Shown one piece after another: positions 12,618 to 26,042 of a DNA stretch of 64,000 nucleotides. Source of the stretch: Schmidtea polychroa (Eukaryota); NCBI GenBank assembly GCA_044892525.1, contig CM097885.1, forward strand, positions 236,594,001-236,658,000. Reading direction: 5' to 3'. The position numbers were made by a program, and so were the translations under genes. A model generated the notes under the pieces. That model saw nothing but the letters and a program-made list of their open reading frames with translations, searched no databases and was not told the origin of the DNA. Within the stretch, counting starts at the first letter, position 1, and each line of letters opens with the position of its first letter.

Positions 12618-13479
12618 TTAAAATCAAAAAAACCTGTAATTTGTTACAGGGTGACTCAGTTCAAATTAACAATTTTCCGAAAATTACACAAGCATTAAAA
12701 ATTATTTAGTATTTTCTAAATAATATTAAATAAAAAGATGTTTTAGCTAAGAAAAATCTGTTTTCTTAGTGACAAAAATGAATATCCAATTAAATTTAAA
12801 AAATTGACTGAGAAAAATTTTTAGTTATTTAATTGAGAATTTTATCAATCATGTCCAATTTATTAAATTTAATGTTGTAACTATCAAACTCAGAAACCCA
12901 ATATTAAGAAGAGTAGTTCATTAGACAACATTAATGAGGAAGTTTTTGAATTTTTAGAAAACATAAGAAAATTTCTTTATTTTTATTCATAAAATTTACC
13001 CGAAAGTTTATTAGACATCTACTGTAAATAGTTTTCAAAAATCTAAAACTTAACTAAAGAAACAAATAAATTTTATTTATGACTTTGTTTAACACAATCC
13101 ACTATATCAATTTTTAAATTAAAAATATAATTTCGACAGATAACGTAAGCTTATTTTTTATGATAAATTATTTCTTTTATTATATACTAAACGGATTATT
13201 ATCATTAAACATTAAATGAATATGTCAGATCAAAACGAAGACAGATTTTATTATATGATTGAACAGGTTATAATGCAGAAATGTTTCATTCTAATGATAT
13301 TGGATATTTCGATTACTTTTCGTAGATGGAATCATCTGAAAGAATATTAATAACATTTTCTTTACAGGAGAGAAATATTTGATAATTTTGATATTTGCCA
13401 ATTTTTGTAGGACTATTGAAATTATATTTCGTGATAATTTTTAAGTTTTACTTAGTTCTAAATAAAATAAAAATAAAAG

Positions 13480-14075
13480 CATTGAGGAGATTTATAGAAT
13501 TATATAATATAATTGAAGCTATTTTATGAAAACTAAGGTTAATTTTTATAAACTTGGCAACATAGGTCTCGAATGACGTTGAAATTCATTCATTTTCAAT
13601 TAGTGAAATATAATATATACTGGTTATGTATAAATAATTTTAGGAGGGGAGTTATTTAATATTTATATTGAAATTATAATATAATATATAAAGAAAATTT
13701 AATAAAATTGAAACTATATTACGAAAATTGAGGTTAATTTCTAAAAATTTGGTTGAATGGGGTATCGAAAGAAATTGTAATTCATTTATCATTCAAATAT
13801 ATAGAAATTTAACTTTAATATTACAATTTAAATATAATTGGTTTTAGGAGGGAACGTTCAGTGTAATTTATATTGAAGTTATAGAATAATTGAAAAGATA
13901 ATTTAATGAAATGAAAATTAAATGATAACAAATTGAGGTTAACTTTATAAAGTTGGTTTCGTGCAACCTCGAATGGAGTTGGAATTAGTCAATTCTTCAA
14001 CAACATATTACTGATTAGATATAGGTGGTTTTAGGAAATGCAGTTTATTGTAATTTATATTGAAGGTTTTAAGTG
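13480..14075. repeat. Degenerate repeat of about 200 bp, 3 copies
   Basis: Recurring AGGTTAA..., TTTTAGGA(G/A) and ATTTATATTGAA at roughly 200-bp spacing. Confidence 0.6.
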
Positions 14076-14149
14076 ATAGTAGAAAAATGAGAAAGATTAT
14101 AAATTTAATTTTTAAAAACACTATAAATCGATATAAATATGCTAACTTG

Positions 14150-15691
14150 CAGCCCCGTACCGTGACACCTTTTGACGGGGGGCCCAGACTCTCATTAAAG
14201 GGGCCAGTAATTCTCGTGTAAACTAAGTATTTTATGAAAACAGACTAGTCACTACTCACACTTTGCACTCCGAAATGTTCAATTTAAAAAAAAGGAAAGC
14301 AAAATCGACATTTTGTCTGAGCATTATTTTGCTACATTATTGCATATACTAGTATATAGGAAATGATTTTCGCACATTTTTTAGGAACAAACACAAAAAA
14401 CAAATAGCTGCATGTATTTGCACGACGGACAATTGGACATACAAAGACAGAACACACAGTCACACAGATTTGAAAACTAAAGGTGAGTGCAATAGAAATT
14501 ACACAGGAACTAGATCCAGAAAAAAGAAATTACGTGTGTGAGATATCGACATGACTCAAAATAGCTGCAGTCGACGATTTTTCATTTCATGAAACCGCTG
14601 AAGAAACTCATCAGATTTGATGTTATTACTGATGTCACTTTCAAATGAGAGCAATACAAGGTTGGCTTTACGAGAATGGCTCATCGACGTACGAAAGGGA
14701 GTTAAGACACGAGATAAAGTACTGAAAGTCGCCTCACATGTGGCAGTTGAAGCACCGATTGTCAGTGCAGAAGCTGCAAGACGATAGACAGATGGAAAAG
14801 CATCTCGGTATGAGTACAGTTTTTGCATTAACTGATGAACGTTTGTCACAGTACTGGCTCTCTTCAATAGGAAAACCTTTGCAGTTTCAAATTCATGTTG
14901 GGTTTCGCTTAGGTCCACACCACACAGTGTCGCTAAAGTCTTTAGATCCTCAATATTCAAAAAGTTTGCGTGATCAGTCTTCAAACATGCAAGAGACTTA
15001 TAAAGGCTTCTGTTGGTGACACCGAAGATGACAGAGTCTTAGCAGGTGCACAAGAAGATGAGGACATCACTGCACTGTCACGGATACATGAAATAGCAGG
15101 TACAGATGAAGGACTAGCACAAGTTGAGGACATAGTAGCAGAGATACTATCACTGGATGAAGTGACTGAAGTCACAGAATTCTTTGGAATGACTTGGAAG
15201 AAATTCATGATACTCTTTTGTATCGACATGTTCTAATACGATGAAAATAATGTTACAAAATATGATCAATTAACATGTCACTCTGCCATAGGAGTGAGTT
15301 GAGTATAATGACATGTGATGTACTCTCATTGGCCTATCTCTCTACCATCGTATAAAGACCACAATGCACCCACTCCGTGCTCTGACACTCAATCATGCCT
15401 CCATGCGTTGTTACTGCCTGTGAGGCAGGAAAGACAGAGAGCACGCACCCTACCCACGCCACCGACTTCACATGCCAGTCTCTTCCAGTGAGGCAGATAG
15501 ATGGAACATCCTACCCCCGTCCACACTACATAAACCTCTACATGTGCAACTCATGCCCACCCATGTCAATGCATGTGTGCACGATAGCAATTTTTCTTTT
15601 ATCAAACATATTGAATGTAATTTTTTATTCATGTCCGTTTTTTTATTTGGGGGGGGCAGGCCCTCCTGGGCCCCCCGACGGTACGGGCCTG
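14150..15691 (-). mobile_element. Internally deleted hAT transposon (ZMYM1/Tip100-like)
   Basis: TIRs CAGCCCCGTACCGT...ACGGTACGGGCCTG; perfect 8-bp TSD CTAACTTG; transposase N-terminus (14981-15229) adjoins the hATC domain STATCEATFSTL (14556-14984). Confidence 0.92.
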
Positions 15692-16527
15692 CTAACTTGT
15701 AAACGGTAAGTCTAATAACCGTTAATAATAATTTTAACTTTCATTTGGAGGAGAAAATATTTCACTTGTTGGGTATATTTCACTAGTATTTGATACAAAA
15801 TAATAAATTATATTATGTAATGGTTTGGCACGGTTTTTCGACATCTAGAGCAGATGGTAGAATTTACACCTCCTATAAATATTCCAAATACAATGCCTGA
15901 AAATAATACTTAACAAAACATTTTTGAACTATCTAATTAAACTGATTGATATTGAATTTTAATGTTTTAATATATCAGATTTCGTTTTAATACCCTCAGT
16001 GGTTTTACAAATTAAAGTTCATAATCCCGTGTTAGTTATCTACCATTATTTGATTTGTAATAATTTGTAATAATTTTCAAATTTCTGTCATTATTCTGGT
16101 ATTCTTATACCCATGCATGTTGGGAAAGTGCAGTTGTTAATTCTTGCTAAATGCTATCAATTCATAGATCAAGGAACCCAGTACTTGTAACTATTCATAA
16201 CTATTCTAACAAATCGTGTACATTAGTTTTATTGTGTAATGGTTGGTTTATAGGCATCTTAAATGAAACTTTTAATTTGTATAGCGTAAAAGTCTTAAAA
16301 TAAAATGTACAATGCTCCTTGTAGATGTTTTAATGTTTTAATATATCAGATTTCGTTTTAATACCCTCAGTATTTAGGGACATTAGCTCTATAAGTGTAC
16401 AAATACTACATTATGCTAATGTTACTAAGTAAAATTTTATTAATATATCTATGTATAATTTTGATGAACGCATTTTACAAGTATTCTTTTTACTAAATTT
16501 TAAAATCTGCTTTTATAATATAGATAA

Positions 16528-17049
16528 ATGGAACGAGAGTTTGAAAAAAGACTTATTTATGCGACTAAATTAATCGAACAAAAGGTTGATCAGGAGATCG
16601 AACGTTTAGAATCACTAAGTGAAGGTGATATCGAACAAATAAGAAAAAGAAGAATCGCTCAAATGAAAGAAAACAATAAACTAAAAGAAAAATGGATCGC
16701 AAATGATCATGGTACATATTATGAAATTTCAGAAGAGCGCAACTTTTTTGATGAATGCAAAAGAAGTGCTAATGTTGTCTGTCATTTTTATCGAGAATGT
16801 ACATTTCGTTGTAAGATTGTTGACAAACATCTCCATCTCTTGGCTAATAAACATCTCGAATGTAAATTTATTAAATTGGACGCAGAAAAATCTCCATTTT
16901 TAACAACTCGGCTAAATATACGAGTTATTCCCACAATATTAATCATAAAAAATGAAAAAGCCGTTGACTATATTGTAGGATTTGATGATCTTGGTGCAGT
17001 TGATGAATTTTCGACTGAAATGATGGAGTGGAGAATTGCACAGTCTGAT
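16528..17049 (+). CDS. TXNDC9: Thioredoxin domain-containing protein 9 / phosducin-like protein 3, coding exon 1
   Basis: VVCHFYR..TFRCKIVDKHL..LA.KH.E.KF.KL.AEKSPFL..RL.IRVIPT..DYIVGFDDLG..DEFSTE..EWR; splice donor GAT|GTAAGT at 17050. Confidence 0.93.
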
Positions 17050-17184
17050 GTAAGTTGGTTTCATGAACATATAATTATTTTTATAAAATAAATAAACCTC
17101 AGTACTATTTTGTATAAAGTTAAGGATGTCATAAAAACTTTATTTAATTTCAAAACCCTATCATTTTACAATTGAATATTTAAA

Positions 17185-18992
17185 CGGTTCTAGGACTGTT
17201 CACCACATGACAATTCAACACACCCATCTCATCACAGGACAATTCACCACATCACCATTTCATCACAAAAACTCATACATCCTTCTCCATCCTTCATTTG
17301 TTGTTTTTATTATATATGAACTTAGTGATTGTTATATTTTGTGATTGTTTAGTTTTTGTGTGAATCATCATCTAAATCAAGGTACTTTAATAATATAGTT
17401 ATTTTATATTAAGCATTATTTCAATGATACATAGTTTTTGTAATTATTAAAGTTAGAAGTATAAAAATCGCGGAAAAACTACTCGTTGTATCATTTTCCA
17501 GCAGTTAGAATTGACTTAAAATATTTTTCATACGTGATTGTATGTAGGACAAACAATTGAATATGCAGGATGATTGTTATTTAATAACACATACCACTCT
17601 TATAAATTTAATTAATAAATAATTTTTTCTATAAATTATATCGAAACGTTGTCAACAGTAAATAAATTTATTTAAGTCCAAACAAACCAAAAAATATCTG
17701 CTTTTAATATAATTTATTAGTGGACAATAACAACACACATATTATTATAAATTATATATTTATTATATCAAATCACTTTTTATTGTACGATACGACTACG
17801 TTATGTTGTATAAATTTATCATTTTTGTACAAATCATTATCATTTATTCGTCAATCATTTATTGTATGAATCCATCTTTTTTTACTCGAAAAATGCCAGT
17901 CATATAATATTAAATTTATTATTAAATATTTAGATGTTAATTGTCTTTATTTTATATGTTTTGAGATATTTTTAGTAAAATTATAAGGAAATGGAAGAAT
18001 TACAATACGGATCAACGAGCCGTGGTGTCCAAACATTAATATACAAATCACATGAATATGTTACACATAGTGTGACTTCAGAAAATATAATCCATTGGCG
18101 CTGCAGAAAATACCAATCTTTGAAATGCAGAGCAATTATTCACACCAAAGAAAATAAAAATTGTTAAAGAGCCCCAAGATCATACACATGATATTATGCC
18201 TTTTGCGCCAATAGCTAGTCAAGCTGTCGGCGAAATGAAGCGCCTTATGAATAATATAGGAGCCACACCTAGACTTGTTATGTCAAAAACAATAGAAAAT
18301 TTATCGGATGGCGTTAAATTATGTCTTTCTAAGAAGACCTCACTAGCAAGAACATTTCGACGAGCAAAAAATGAAGACAACAATATACCAATACTAAGGG
18401 ATAGATATTTCGAAATTCCCTAAAAGTTCAAACCCTATGTTTTGTTCGACTCTGGAGTTGAAGTCACTAATAGGATAAATTTTTAAAATAACGTCAGTTG
18501 GTTAGGAAATGGAATATTTAATGTAATACCTGAAATCTTTTTCCAATTATACTCCATACATGTCCAAATAGAAAGTCAAACTTGGCCTTGCATATTGGTA
18601 ATATTATTTGCAAAATCCCAAGAAATTTATACGAAAATGTTAGATGCGATTAAAAACCTTATTCCCCGAGCTTCACCACTTAATATTCTTAATGACTTTG
18701 AGACAGCCGCTATGAATGCATTCAGAATAGCTTTTCCAACAGCTAACATAAAAGGATGTTTTTTCCATTTATCGCAACCGATTTTACGAAAAGTTAGTGA
18801 TCTGGGCTTAAAAGTCAAGTATGAAAATCAAATTGATCATTCTTTAGCAGTAAAGATAAAAAATACTTTGTTCATTGTCTCTTAATCCAATAGATGAAGT
18901 TTTTGATGGATATTTATAAATAACTGGTCAGTTTCCTGAAGAGGATGGCGTTGAAGAATTTCTTAACTATTTTGAAATTACATATATTAGAG
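17185..18992 (+). mobile_element. Mutator/MULE transposon remnant (FLYWCH plus DDE transposase pseudogene, about 17991-18990)
   Basis: LIYKSHEY..IHWRCRKY..KCRAIIHT (FLYWCH-like); FFQLYSIH, DFETAAMNAF, GCFFHLSQ; TTCA(C/T)CAC subterminal repeats at 17193-17268; cut at 18993 by a hAT. Confidence 0.85.
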
Positions 18993-21400
18993 CAGAGCTC
19001 CGCAACCTTTTCTCACCCGCGGCACACCTAAAGACTTAAAAAAATTTCGCGGCACATCACGAACAAAAATTTTTAAAAATTTACGTGATAAGAAATGCAC
19101 AAACAGAAAATGTATTTTTTTTTATTTGATAAATTTATTATCGCCGTTAACAACTATTTTTTATTTATAACTATAACTAATATGAACAATCACTAATGAG
19201 ATAACTGTGCTTGTTTTAAGGAACATAATAGTTTTATATTGGGCTCAATATTTGAAAGAGCAACTCGAAGTTCTTGGTCAAGGCCCTTCAAGCACGACCG
19301 CTTATCATTTTTTATTAAAACTAGAGTTGAAAAACTTTCTTCACATATGTACGTGGTTGAAGATGGGAGCAGAACTTCAATAGCCTTTTCGGAAATTCGA
19401 GGATATTCTTCCTTAACCGCAATCCAAAACGTATCCAATGGAACGTCGGAAAATTTTATTTTTAGCGTCCCATCGTTCCTCAAGTCAAGAAATTCGTCTC
19501 GAATTTGAAGGGAAAGAGCTACTGTAGAATTTTCGGCATTCGCTGAAAAAGGATTTCGAATCCAATCGTATTGGTCTGTATTAATTATGTGAAAGTATTG
19601 GTGAAATTTCTGTTGTAGCAATGTTAAATGTTGTTCGGCCAAACGCAATATGATCTGCTTGTTTTTTCCTGCTTGTGCAATCCTTCCAATCGTCTGGTTG
19701 GTTTTTTGGTACATTTCTAGTGATCCTTGTTGTAACTCCGATTTCCAAAGATCAAGTTTCTGTTTGAACCCTTTCAATTTGTCGGAGCATGTCAACAAAT
19801 TTTTATTTCGCCCTTGCATTTTTTTATTAAGTTCATTCAGGTGTTCAAATATGTCAGCCATGTAGGCAAGTTTGGTCATCCAGTGATTATCTGGTAGGAA
19901 ATTGTGTAGTTCGGGCACATTTTGATTTAATAGAAAATTACTAACCTCTTCGAGAAGCTCAAATAGTCGTGCTAGAACTTTACCTCGGGACAACCAGTGT
20001 ACTTCTGTGTGAAGTTATAAGGATTGATATTCCGATCCCATTTCTGCGCAGAGTATCCCAAAAATTCGCGAATTCAAGGCTTTTGATTTAATTAAATTTA
20101 TAATGCTGATGCATTCATTCATTGTTGCCAATAGTTCCGAAGGTAAATTTTTAACCATAAAAGCTTCTCGATGTATGCAGCAATGTGTAATTTGTATTGC
20201 CGGATTTTGTCGCTTCACACATGAGACAAACCCCTTTTTATAACCCATCATTGCCGCAGCGCCATCCGTGCAAACACTCATGCAATTACTTCATTGAATA
20301 CCATAGGTTTTGAAGAACTCATCAGTTACTCGAAAAATTTCCTAACCGGTAGTCCGCTCTGGAAGTTCTTTGCAAAACAAATAATGTTCTTTTATGGACT
20401 CCTCGTCAACGAAACGTACAATACATATTAGTTGTGCTCGGTTTTTAATATCGGTTGATTCGTCAATCTGAAGAGAAAAATTCTCCGTCATTTTCAATTT
20501 TGTAATTAATGTTTTTAAAATATCGCTTGACATATCATCAATACGTCTTTTAACAGTATCAGCTGATAACGAAACTTTACTGACTTCATTAATTTCATTA
20601 GGCCCAAACATTAATCGAATGATTTCCATGCATGCTGATTTAATAAGGGTTTTGCCAATTGTATGTGGTTTTTTCTGACGTCCAATTAATTTTGCAACGT
20701 GGTAACTAGCTTCTAACGCTTTGTCAGAAATTGTAACGGACGATCTCATAAATTGCCTCTGTTTTAAATTTTGATTTAAAAGCCGCTGAAAATATTGTCT
20801 GTCCTTGTTGGCGCAATTGGGATGTTTTGATTTTAGATGGCGAATCAGTTTACTTGGCACCATTGCCTTGTTGGAAAGCTGTTCTCTGCAAATTACGCAT
20901 TCTGGTTTCGGAGCCGCTTCTTCACCACACCATGAAAATCCGTATTGAATATATTCTGCATTGTATTGCCGTTTCACTATCTTCGGTCTTTTTACATCAT
21001 TGCTCGTGCTGGGTTCATCATCATTTGTCGATAAAGTTGAACATTCTTTACGCAAAAACTTGTCCATATTTAAAATTTTTTAAATGTTATTTTAATTGTA
21101 ATATTTATGTATTAAAAATTATTCAAATTCAATATTTAGAATTGAGCGCTAGTCAAGTTATTTAGAAAAATAATTATTTGAATACTTACATTAATTTTTA
21201 TCTTCTAAATTCACAAAATCACAGAGAGATGAGTACACTATAAAAGCTAACTTACGAATGAAAATTTAAAATCATCATCTGATTCAATAAAATAATGGAT
21301 TCACTTGTTCGAAGTCAACGAAAACAAATTTTTATGATGTATTTATATTTACATCATAAAAATTTATTGTTCTTAAAAATAAATTTCTCTAAAATTTCTT
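18993..21400 (-). mobile_element. hAT Buster/ZBED5-like transposon with transposase pseudogene 19193-21067
   Basis: Terminus CAGAGCTCCGCAACC; PECVIC..L.RHL..KH, QIDESTD, CTDGAAAM, HCCIHRE, (E)VHWLSRG, TTYICEESFS; in-frame stops. The right boundary was not found. Confidence 0.9.
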
Positions 21401-21867
21401 GTATTTATTGTTCAGGCTGTATAACTTGGTAGCACAATATAAGACAATAAATTTAAATGTGAACAACCTGAAATGTAATTTTTTTAAACCATGTTTATTG
21501 ACCGAATATTTTGTCAACAACGCAATTATTTGTAAACAAGATAGATATAAATCGAAATGAAGATACATAATTTGAATTTAAAAATAATCAATCAGTAAAT
21601 AAGAAAATAAAGGATTTATTGATAATTATTAAGCTTTACAATTTGTCGATAAGTTCCTTTATTATTTTCATTATTAATCAATTTATTCATAAATCAATAT
21701 TTGAATGAAATAAATAAAAAAGTGTTTAACATTAAAAACAAACAGGAAGCCTCTTTGAATTAAATTTTTTTATTATTTTTTTTTGTCTTGGGTTTTTCCA
21801 ACATTGTTTGAGCGCATCTATTAAAATGTGTATAAATTAATCGAAAAATAGAATAGTTTGGAAAATC

Positions 21868-21915
21868 CAGGAGGAGGGCAAGTGCCCCCTCTTGCCCCCC
21901 TTGCGGACGCCCATG
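21868..21915. mobile_element. Orphan hAT-type terminus
   Basis: Reverse complement CATGGGCGTCCGCAAGGGGGGCAAGAGGGGGCACTTGCCC, a GC-rich hAT-like end; partner end not found. Confidence 0.5.
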
Positions 21916-22415
21916 GGCACTAGATTTCGAAATTGTTATCTGCCTTTTCCAATTAATAAAATTTTAAAACTTTTTATTCTATGCAACATTTCTACATATC
22001 GAAAGTTTACATGCAGTGTTTACTATCAAACATAACTATAGCTTCTCAGCTAGATAAATGTAGCCAAAAGCATCTATTCTATGTTTAATTTTTACTGTCT
22101 TTTTATCAATATTTAGAGTTGCTGATTGCACCACACCAACAGTTGCCAAAATATTTTTATTAGTTTCATTGTATTTCAGAATAGCTTTAGAGGTTTTTAA
22201 AAATGTACTAAGTGCAGCAGGGATTTCAAAATCTAGAGTTTTTGGTTACATAATACATGGATAGCCCCATATCATACTTATTTCTCATTTTTAAATTTGT
22301 GTACTATTTAAGATAATTAATGAATTTAATTACGATATATTGTAAAATAATAATTAGTTTTTTAAAGTTATTTTCAAAATTTATAAGTTGAATTTTTGAA
22401 AAGTTTAGTTATTTC

Positions 22416-22589
22416 CAGTGCTCGAAGTGAGGCGGGATAGCCGGGATATTATCCCGGCATTGATTATGTAGGCGGAATTGCATCCCGGCACTTCATTTCA
22501 TATAATCTATAGGTTTATCCCGGTACTTATTTCATTTTATAGGCACACAAATACTGCAATTAAGGTCACACATAGTACATCCATATATG

Positions 22590-22626
<37 letters not shown>

Positions 22627-22873
22627 TTTATTCTCTATTCTCTATTCAATTAAGAATTTCCCAAGCAGCAGTAATGGATAGGTAATGGATATTCTCTTAT
22701 TTATTTTAGTTAAACCAGCAAGTTGTTTGTTGAGTTATTTATACTGCGACCCCCTCTATATATAATTTGTGCATGATTTCACATGCAGAGAGCTGTTATA
22801 ATTAAAAAGCCTGGAATCCCGGGTGCCACAGCATGCCTATCCCGGCACATATTTTGTTCCACTTCGAGCACTG
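22416..22873. mobile_element. hAT MITE, 458 bp
   Basis: TIRs CAGTGCTCGAAGTG/CACTTCGAGCACTG; perfect 8-bp TSD GTTATTTC; ATCCCGG subterminal repeats; internal (TA)n. Confidence 0.93.
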
Positions 22874-22920
22874 GTTATTTCGAAAAACATAAAAATTAAT
22901 GCATGTGAAATTTATTTTAG

Positions 22921-23064
22921 GTTATTGAATATTCTGGTGATTTGTTAACTCCTCCAGATATGAAGAAAGAGACTGTTTCTTCATCAATCAATCATTTAAG
23001 AAATCGTCGAAACAAGAAAACTCTTAGAGATAAAACTCATGATTCATCCGAAGATGAAAATTAG
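22921..23064 (+). CDS. TXNDC9: TXNDC9 terminal coding exon (not in the ORF track)
   Basis: Acceptor TTTATTTTAG; phase 0 reading VIEYSGDLLTPPDMKKETVSSSINHLRNRRNKKTLRDKTHDSSEDEN* fits the family C-terminus (YSG.L..PP...KKT.R...DS...D). Confidence 0.88.
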   Translation, partial: VIEYSGDLLTPPDMKKETVSSSINHLRNRRNKKTLRDKTHDSSEDEN

Positions 23065-23068
23065 ATCT

Positions 23069-23074
23069 AATAAA
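23069..23074 (+). terminator. Candidate polyadenylation signal AATAAA
   Basis: Lies 4 nt after the TXNDC9 stop; AT-rich context weakens significance. Confidence 0.4.
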
Positions 23075-25852
23075 CTGCTATGAATATATTATTTATATTT
23101 TCTCATAATGTAATAATTTAATTTTTAAAATATAGAAATGATATCAGTAGTTATTTATTTATTAATATGATAACTATTTTCAATTTATAGAATGTTTGGT
23201 TGTAACTTTCACAATGAATTCATTTTAGGAATTAATTTTTAATGAATCATTTTCATTTTTTTAAGAATTCAGTATGACTGACATTATAATAGGAGCCAAT
23301 AGAAATATTTTCAATTATCTTTATAAAATTAGAAATATTTAATTGAAAAGAAAAATCATGTTGAATTGATGGAGATGAGCGAGAGGTAGAATCTCAAATA
23401 TGAAAAAGTTACATCGAATCCGAATTGTTCCGTAATCAAATTAATGAGATCATCAATCGGTACCTATGTTAAAATTTGACATGCAAGCTAATGACAGGAA
23501 TTCATCAGTTTCAGTTTGTAATTAATGCTAACCATTAAAAAATATTTTCATATTTTAGTTTATTTTTTATATGGATATTTGTGAAATTAAAAAATTGTGA
23601 AATAAATTTTAAATATTTGTCAAATAAATATAAATGCAAAAGGTTGGTTTTGCCACTTCTCAGTATTTACCTCCCATAATCCATTAATGAATAATTCTAC
23701 CACTTATTTTCACCCATTTGAATTATTAATTTATCATCGAGTAATGAATAATTTCCTCACTTTAATGAAGATTCTTAGCACCTTCATTGTTAATTTTATC
23801 AAAGTTTAAAGAATAATTTATATATATATATATATATGCTCTGAGTTTATCAGACAAGATGTTTAGACCCCCTAGGGGTACTGGTCATAAGGGTACTACT
23901 CACATTCAACATGTAATAAGGGTACTGATCATAAAGGCATTGTTGTGTTTTAATGATTTTATTTAGATAGATTTTAGTATTTAAGGTATTCATTGATAAT
24001 TTTTAGAGTTGATGTTTTCAGTAAATGTACAAGTAAATTTCTATTATTTTTTGTGAATTTCTATCATTTTTATAAATTTTTATTATTTTGCGAATTTCTA
24101 TCATTATAGTGAATTTTTATCATTTTCGTGAAAAATTTAAAGTTAGTTCTAAGGTAAATTTAATTAATTTCTTGATATTTGGATGTATTTTTATTGATTG
24201 ATTTTTTTAATTTTAAATTAAAATTACTTTTAATGACAGTTATGTTGGGAACCTGGGGTTGGGTAGTGGACGTACGAGATAACTAAGGGTGGAGTTTCGA
24301 CTAGTTCGATCTCCCCAGATACCCAAGATGATGGTGAAAATATTCCCTGTGATACACCCATGACGCCGAGCCATGTTGGTGATGTGCACCGAGGTCGGAA
24401 CCTGAGGGCAGGTGAGCCCCTGCGTTAGGACTACTCCCCCCAGTATTCGCGGTACGGGTTCCTGACTGCCATAGAAGGACTTACGTTTACTACAAAGCCC
24501 TCTTGTCCAAGTGAGGTTGTATCATTCCCGTTTACCCAAGCATATCAGCGTCTCAAAATGATATAAACTAATGTATGTCAAAATTTAGCAAGTCAACAAC
24601 TCATCGTTCTCAAAACATTTATTCACCGAGCATGTACAGCAATTACAAAAGGAAATCAAATGACTACTTAATACACAGCTACAATTCTAGTATACTCAAT
24701 TATGCTAGTTCACAATTAACATGCAAATGTCGAATACGAACAGATCTGCGGAGCTATCAGACGAACCCCGTCAGTTACCAATCCCCTTCCAACAGCATCG
24801 CCGCGATGTCTGTTTCCAATGCCGGATCAGTAGCTGGCTGAGAAGTGGCAGTTGGCACGATTCTAACGGCAGGGTTTGCAATTTTCGAAACGGCCGGCTG
24901 GGTCTATGCTGCCGCGAATAGAGTGGCTTTCAATGCCGCGAGCTCTTCGTTTCGTTTTTTAGTTTTTTCGGCGTGGGTTAGCCGCTTCTTCGTCTTTGCC
25001 TTCGGAGGATTGGCTTGGACGTCTCCTCTAGGAACGCAAGTAGTTTCTGGAGCCACGTTAGATGTCGTGGACTTGTAAATTTCTGACCTTAAGATGTCTG
25101 GCCGATCAGGTGAGGTTACAGAGGGTCCATGAGAGTGGCAAGGTGATGAGTGGGATATGCTAACATGATCTGTTCGATGATGGAGAGGAAAGATATTTCC
25201 TTTATCCATACCGGGGTACTCGGCTACTCTGGCCTTGAGCTTGGCGTCGGAATAGATGCGGTTTAGAGCCGCCGACTGAGCTTTAATCGTAAGCCGTTGA
25301 CTTTGGCTTTCCTGAGAATTTTCGTCTGGGCTTCTTTCATGGCCGCTGGGTTGAACTAGGTGCCTTTCAACGTGTCGATTTTTCTCTTCAACGTTCCGAT
25401 ATAATCGGCTGATTTTCTTAACAACGAATTTTTATCCACGCACGAGAAGCACGGTTTCAAGCCAGTTACTGGCAGATTTGGTCCAGACATTCTCTATAAA
25501 TTAAAGAAAACTCTTCAGGAAAAAAGTCACAACATACTGGTAAGAATAACTGCCATGCGGCGCTCATTTGACCCCCCGATCGATGTCCGTTTGCCGGTCA
25601 GTTCTATTCGGAAGGGATTACAAAATTTAGAGGGGCGGTGGATTATGAGGAGTAGGGTTTCGATCGAACAATGCTAGATTCTATTAACTCCCTTTGGGTT
25701 CGTGCAAAATTTACCGTTTAGCACATCAAGTAGACCTTGGTCTTGTTAACATCTAAGTTGTCGTTAAGGCTGGTAGTCGTAAGGAATCAATTATCGTGAC
25801 AGTCTGGAAAACAGCTATAACGCTAATAATCACTGGTGACCATAGAAGGAAT

Positions 25853-26002
25853 CAGGCCCGGTTTTAGGCATAGGCGACGTCGGCAGCAGCCTAGGGCGCC
25901 GATTTACAAGCGGGCGCCAAATAGTTCTGCTTTTTTTATCAAGTAAATTAAATATTTTATAAACTTTCTATCTTTATATTGATATATACATATGTATGAA
26001 TT

Positions 26003-26042
<40 letters not shown>

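Noticed and set aside
10730..13450. Host gene or viral ORF in AT-rich DNA
   Set aside because: No sustained reading frame or recognisable motif found
13480..14075. Leucine-rich-repeat coding sequence on the minus strand
   Set aside because: Only one short LRR-like peptide; stops follow and there is no LRR periodicity
17050..17091. TXNDC9 C-terminus as given by the ORF track
   Set aside because: Follows a GTAAGT donor; the true C-terminus is at 22921-23064
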